24,000 bases of DNA from Bacillus cereus ATCC 14579 (GTDB lineage Bacteria > Bacillota > Bacilli > Bacillales > Bacillaceae_G): positions 818,882-842,881 of the forward strand of contig NC_004722.1 of assembly GCF_000007825.1 (NCBI RefSeq), in the 5' to 3' direction. The translations under genes were made by a program, and so were the position numbers. Of this stretch, positions 21,927 through 24,000 are shown in pieces. A model generated the notes under the pieces. It worked only from the letters and a program-made list of their open reading frames with translations. It was not told the origin of the DNA and made no database searches. Every line of letters starts with the position of its first letter. The first letter of the stretch is position 1.

Positions 21927-23334
21927 TTTTCTTTTCGTTATTTTTTTTCTGATCACGATTCATTAATGGATAGAAAGCAAATCCGATTACGAATAAACCA
22001 ATTCCGAGAAGGAACGTTTTTATATCGGATGCGCCCGTTTTAATAACCCATAGTGCGTAGCAAAGTGCGATAACTGCGACTATGCCATCTGTAATTCTTG
22101 CCCGCATTTCATTTTTATATGTTTCACCAGTTGCGACTAGTTTTAACTGGAAGATTGGTGAAACGAGATATGGAATGAGGTAGGCCAGTGTCGATACGGT
22201 AATAACGAATGTATAAGCTTCCGCAATGGTTCCTGATAATGTTGAGAATAGGAATACTTGCGACATAATGTTTGTTAATCGTAATGAGTAAATTGGACTT
22301 CCTTTTTTATTTGTTTTTGTGAAGAAGGAAGGGAAGAAACCTTCTTTTGCTGCTTGATAAGGTACTTCTGAGCTTAATAAAATCCAGCCTAAGATAGAAC
22401 CGAACAGGGAAGTAAGAGCAAGTAATGCCATCAGTTTCCCGCCGCCGTGACCCATTGCAGCGTTTAGTGCATCTGCTAATGGACGTTCAGAAGCTTGTAA
22501 TTTATCAACGTGAAGTACACCCATTGTTAAAATTGTGATTCCTAAGTAGATGGCAACTGTAATAAGTAATCCCGCAACTGTTGCGCGTTTTACCGTTTTT
22601 GGAGAAACAGCACGGTTTGATAAAAGAACAGCTGATTCAATTCCGATAAACGCCCAAAGTGTTGTAAGAGCAGCTAAATTCACTTGTGAAAGAAGACCGT
22701 GTGATGCCCCTGATTTATCAATCATCGGTGTATACCATTGTCCAAATTTAGAAGCTTCGAATGCAAATAACGTAACGACGATGAATAAAAGGAATCCAGT
22801 TACTTTCGTTGTTGTTGCTAAGAAGTTTAGTTTTCCAGCTCCGCTTACACCGTTTGTTAATATAATATGAGTTCCCCAAAGTAAGATGGAACAAATCGTA
22901 AATGTAATTAGTTTTCCGACTTCTACGTTAAACGAGCCGATTGAAAATAGTAGTCGCGTATCTTTCATAATTGGGAAGAAGAGTGATAAATATCCCGCAA
23001 ATGATGTAATGATGGCAACGTTACTTGCCCAGTTTGCAACCCAATATCCCCATACCATACTGAAGCCAGCCATTTTTTTCTTTTTTGGTGTTGAGAATAA
23101 AGCATATGCATGACTTTGTGGCCCTGTCGTTAAATCAGGACGACGAATTGCTAAATTACCGAAAACAAGAGCTAGCATTAAAACACCGAACCCTGTAGTT
23201 AACCAAGCTAAAGTGACACCGAGTGGGCTTGCTGTTTGTGCCAACGTACTTGGCACCATGAAAATACCAGCGCCAACCATGTTACCGACAACGAAAGCTG
23301 TTAGTACCCAAAAGCCCCATTTTTTTTGTTGCAT
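21910..23334 (-). CDS. APC-superfamily amino-acid permease (APA/ArcD-YvsH-like basic amino-acid transporter), probably lysine-related
   Basis: 474 aa with about 12-13 TMS. The N-terminal signature is 'VVGNMVGAGIFMVPSTLA'. The true start is the Met of 'MQQKKWGFW', with RBS GGAGGT 8 nt upstream. It is preceded by an L-box riboswitch. Confidence 0.85.
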   Translation of the reverse strand: MQQKKWGFWVLTAFVVGNMVGAGIFMVPSTLAQTASPLGVTLAWLTTGFGVLMLALVFGNLAIRRPDLTTGPQSHAYALFSTPKKKKMAGFSMVWGYWVANWASNVAIITSFAGYLSLFFPIMKDTRLLFSIGSFNVEVGKLITFTICSILLWGTHIILTNGVSGAGKLNFLATTTKVTGFLLFIVVTLFAFEASKFGQWYTPMIDKSGASHGLLSQVNLAALTTLWAFIGIESAVLLSNRAVSPKTVKRATVAGLLITVAIYLGITILTMGVLHVDKLQASERPLADALNAAMGHGGGKLMALLALTSLFGSILGWILLSSEVPYQAAKEGFFPSFFTKTNKKGSPIYSLRLTNIMSQVFLFSTLSGTIAEAYTFVITVSTLAYLIPYLVSPIFQLKLVATGETYKNEMRARITDGIVAVIALCYALWVIKTGASDIKTFLLGIGLFVIGFAFYPLMNRDQKKNNEKKNGQVA

Positions 23335-23411
23335 AGAAAATACCTCCAAAGTTAGTATAACCAAGTCAAGCGAGGAGATATGTATGTCTTCCTGAGTCAG
23401 GAAGAGAAGTC

Positions 23412-23668
23412 CCAAACAAAACAAAAAAAGCACGTAATTTGCCGCTACATGCTTTCTATCTTATAAGAAACCCACGACATACCTCTCGATAGCTCTCCAC
23501 AAACGAAACGTTTGTGACAGTTCTGCACTTATTAAATGCAGACCCAGCAAGCGTGCATGGTGGACACGACTTACTTCGGCAACCATTCCTTTCTCATTCC
23601 TTCATCAATGCCACTACATCTCCTGAAATGATACTCTTAATGATTGCAACCTCTACCTCACCGAGATA
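23412..23668 (-). promoter_or_regulatory. Lysine riboswitch (L-box) with terminator expression platform
   Basis: The minus strand carries the conserved L-box blocks in order: GTAGAGGTTGC, AAGAGTA, GAAAGGAA..TGCCGAAG, then GCTGGGTCTGCA..TGCAGAACTGTCA (aptamer ~23514-23662). These are followed by the terminator AGCATGT-n11-ACGTGCT plus TTTTTTTGTTTTGTTT (23455-23412). Confidence 0.9.
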
Positions 23669-23683
23669 CGAATGAGGATTTAA

Positions 23684-23732
23684 ATATTAAATTAACGTCT
23701 TTAAGAGTAACAAATGTATTTTTATACGTCAA
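23684..23732 (-). promoter_or_regulatory. Promoter region for the L-box leader (two candidate SigA promoters)
   Basis: The minus strand has TTGACG-17-TACTCT (23732-23704) and TTGTTA-18-TAATAT (23713-23684). Both are appropriately placed, 15-40 nt upstream of the aptamer. Confidence 0.4.
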
Positions 23733-23864
23733 TGGATATAGTAATAATCAGATTATAGAGAAGAGTTTGTGATTAAAAGTAAGAGGGATTGTTATGTGAT
23801 ATTTGAATTTTCGTAATATAATACATGTTATTAGCGCTAGATGATTGAAAAGGGGATGAAGTAA

Positions 23865-24000
23865 ATGTCTGTATGTCATAAACATTCAGTAATAGGTGTG
23901 CTAGATTCGGGAGTTGGGGGATTAACAGTTGCGAGCGAAATTATAAGACAATTGCCTAAAGAAAGCATTTATTATATTGGTGATAATAAGCGTTGCCCGT
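23865..24000 (+). CDS. racE: Glutamate racemase, N-terminal 45 codons (3' end outside the window)
   Basis: My own translation from the ATG at 23865 gives [45 protein letters not shown]. It contains the canonical '[12 protein letters not shown]' and 'Y.GD' motifs of MurI/RacE. RBS AAGGGGA. It is absent from the ORF track because it is truncated. Confidence 0.9.
   Translation, partial: MSVCHKHSVIGVLDSGVGGLTVASEIIRQLPKESIYYIGDNKRCP

Noticed and set aside
982-23395. ORF-track entries embedded antisense to, out of frame within, or running into or across the ends of, much longer well-supported genes: 982-1377(-), 1847-2362(-), 2603-2836(-), 5171-5485(-), 5743-5928(-), 5827-6108(+), 6730-6975(-), 7745-7954(-), 7824-8024(+), 11246-11431(-), 12394-12615(+), 13185-13589(-), 16726-16929(-), 17966-18199(-), 18045-18266(+), 19298-19669(+), 20108-20341(+), 21843-22043(+), 22550-22870(+), 22886-23113(+), 23213-23395(+).
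   Set aside because: Each overlaps a gene with clear family motifs, an RBS and a terminator. Their translations are low-complexity and rich in Leu, Phe, Ile, Ser or Pro, as expected for shadow frames of AT-rich coding DNA. None has a convincing RBS. I treat them as spurious.
23335-23433. 33-aa N-terminal extension (MLFLFCLGLLFLTQEDIHISSLDLVILTLEVFS) of the permease ORF in the track.
   Set aside because: It overlaps the riboswitch terminator T-run and the 5' UTR palindrome and has no RBS. The internal Met at 23334 has GGAGGT at the ideal spacing and begins the conserved permease N-terminus.
1-24000. Defence island, prophage, integrative element, CRISPR array, toxin-antitoxin pair or secondary-metabolite cluster.
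   Set aside because: I recognised no integrase, recombinase, transposase, Cas, restriction-modification, nuclease-helicase, phage structural or NRPS/PKS-like proteins. There are no direct-repeat/spacer arrays and no tRNA or att-like boundaries. Every ORF over 100 aa that I accept (the antisense/out-of-frame track ORFs above are discounted) except 5174-5659 has an ordinary metabolic, transport or regulatory assignment. The only mobile-type features are the two short MITE-like repeats.

Overview
This 24 kb window has low GC content, and its gene content and dispersed repeats look like Bacillus cereus-group chromosomal DNA. I call about 27 real coding genes in short operons on both strands.

- **1-4061:** MurNAc recycling cluster (murR tail, murQ, murP, mupG).
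- **4214-9236:** DoxX, SnoaL-like and hypothetical genes. These are followed by an EamA exporter divergent from an Lrp/AsnC regulator, a short NAGS-like GNAT behind an ARG box, and an SDR driven by a MerR-type 19-bp-spacer promoter next to its MerR regulator.
- **9450-12455:** A drug-efflux module of paired SMR genes, a TetR gene and a 12-TMS MFS pump, tied together by four copies of one 17-bp operator.
- **12489-14108:** A single-Cys HxlR/DUF24 regulator divergent from an ester-cyclase lipoprotein and MdaB quinone reductase.
- **14171-17533:** An SgrR-like regulator divergent from a second MFS pump, then a 67-aa membrane protein.
- **17844-20436:** A katE-pfpI stress operon behind a clear SigB-type promoter.
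- **20650-24000:** An orphan EcsB-like membrane protein, an APA-family amino-acid permease behind a lysine (L-box) riboswitch, and the 5' end of glutamate racemase.

Two copies (one full, one partial) of a bcr1-like MITE repeat are present.

I found no integrase, transposase, CRISPR array, toxin-antitoxin pair, phage genes or recognisable defence genes, and no convincing novel multi-gene system. The interesting material is regulatory: operators, a riboswitch, repeats sitting in UTRs, and odd hairpins. All family calls rest on motif recognition by eye, because no searches could be run.
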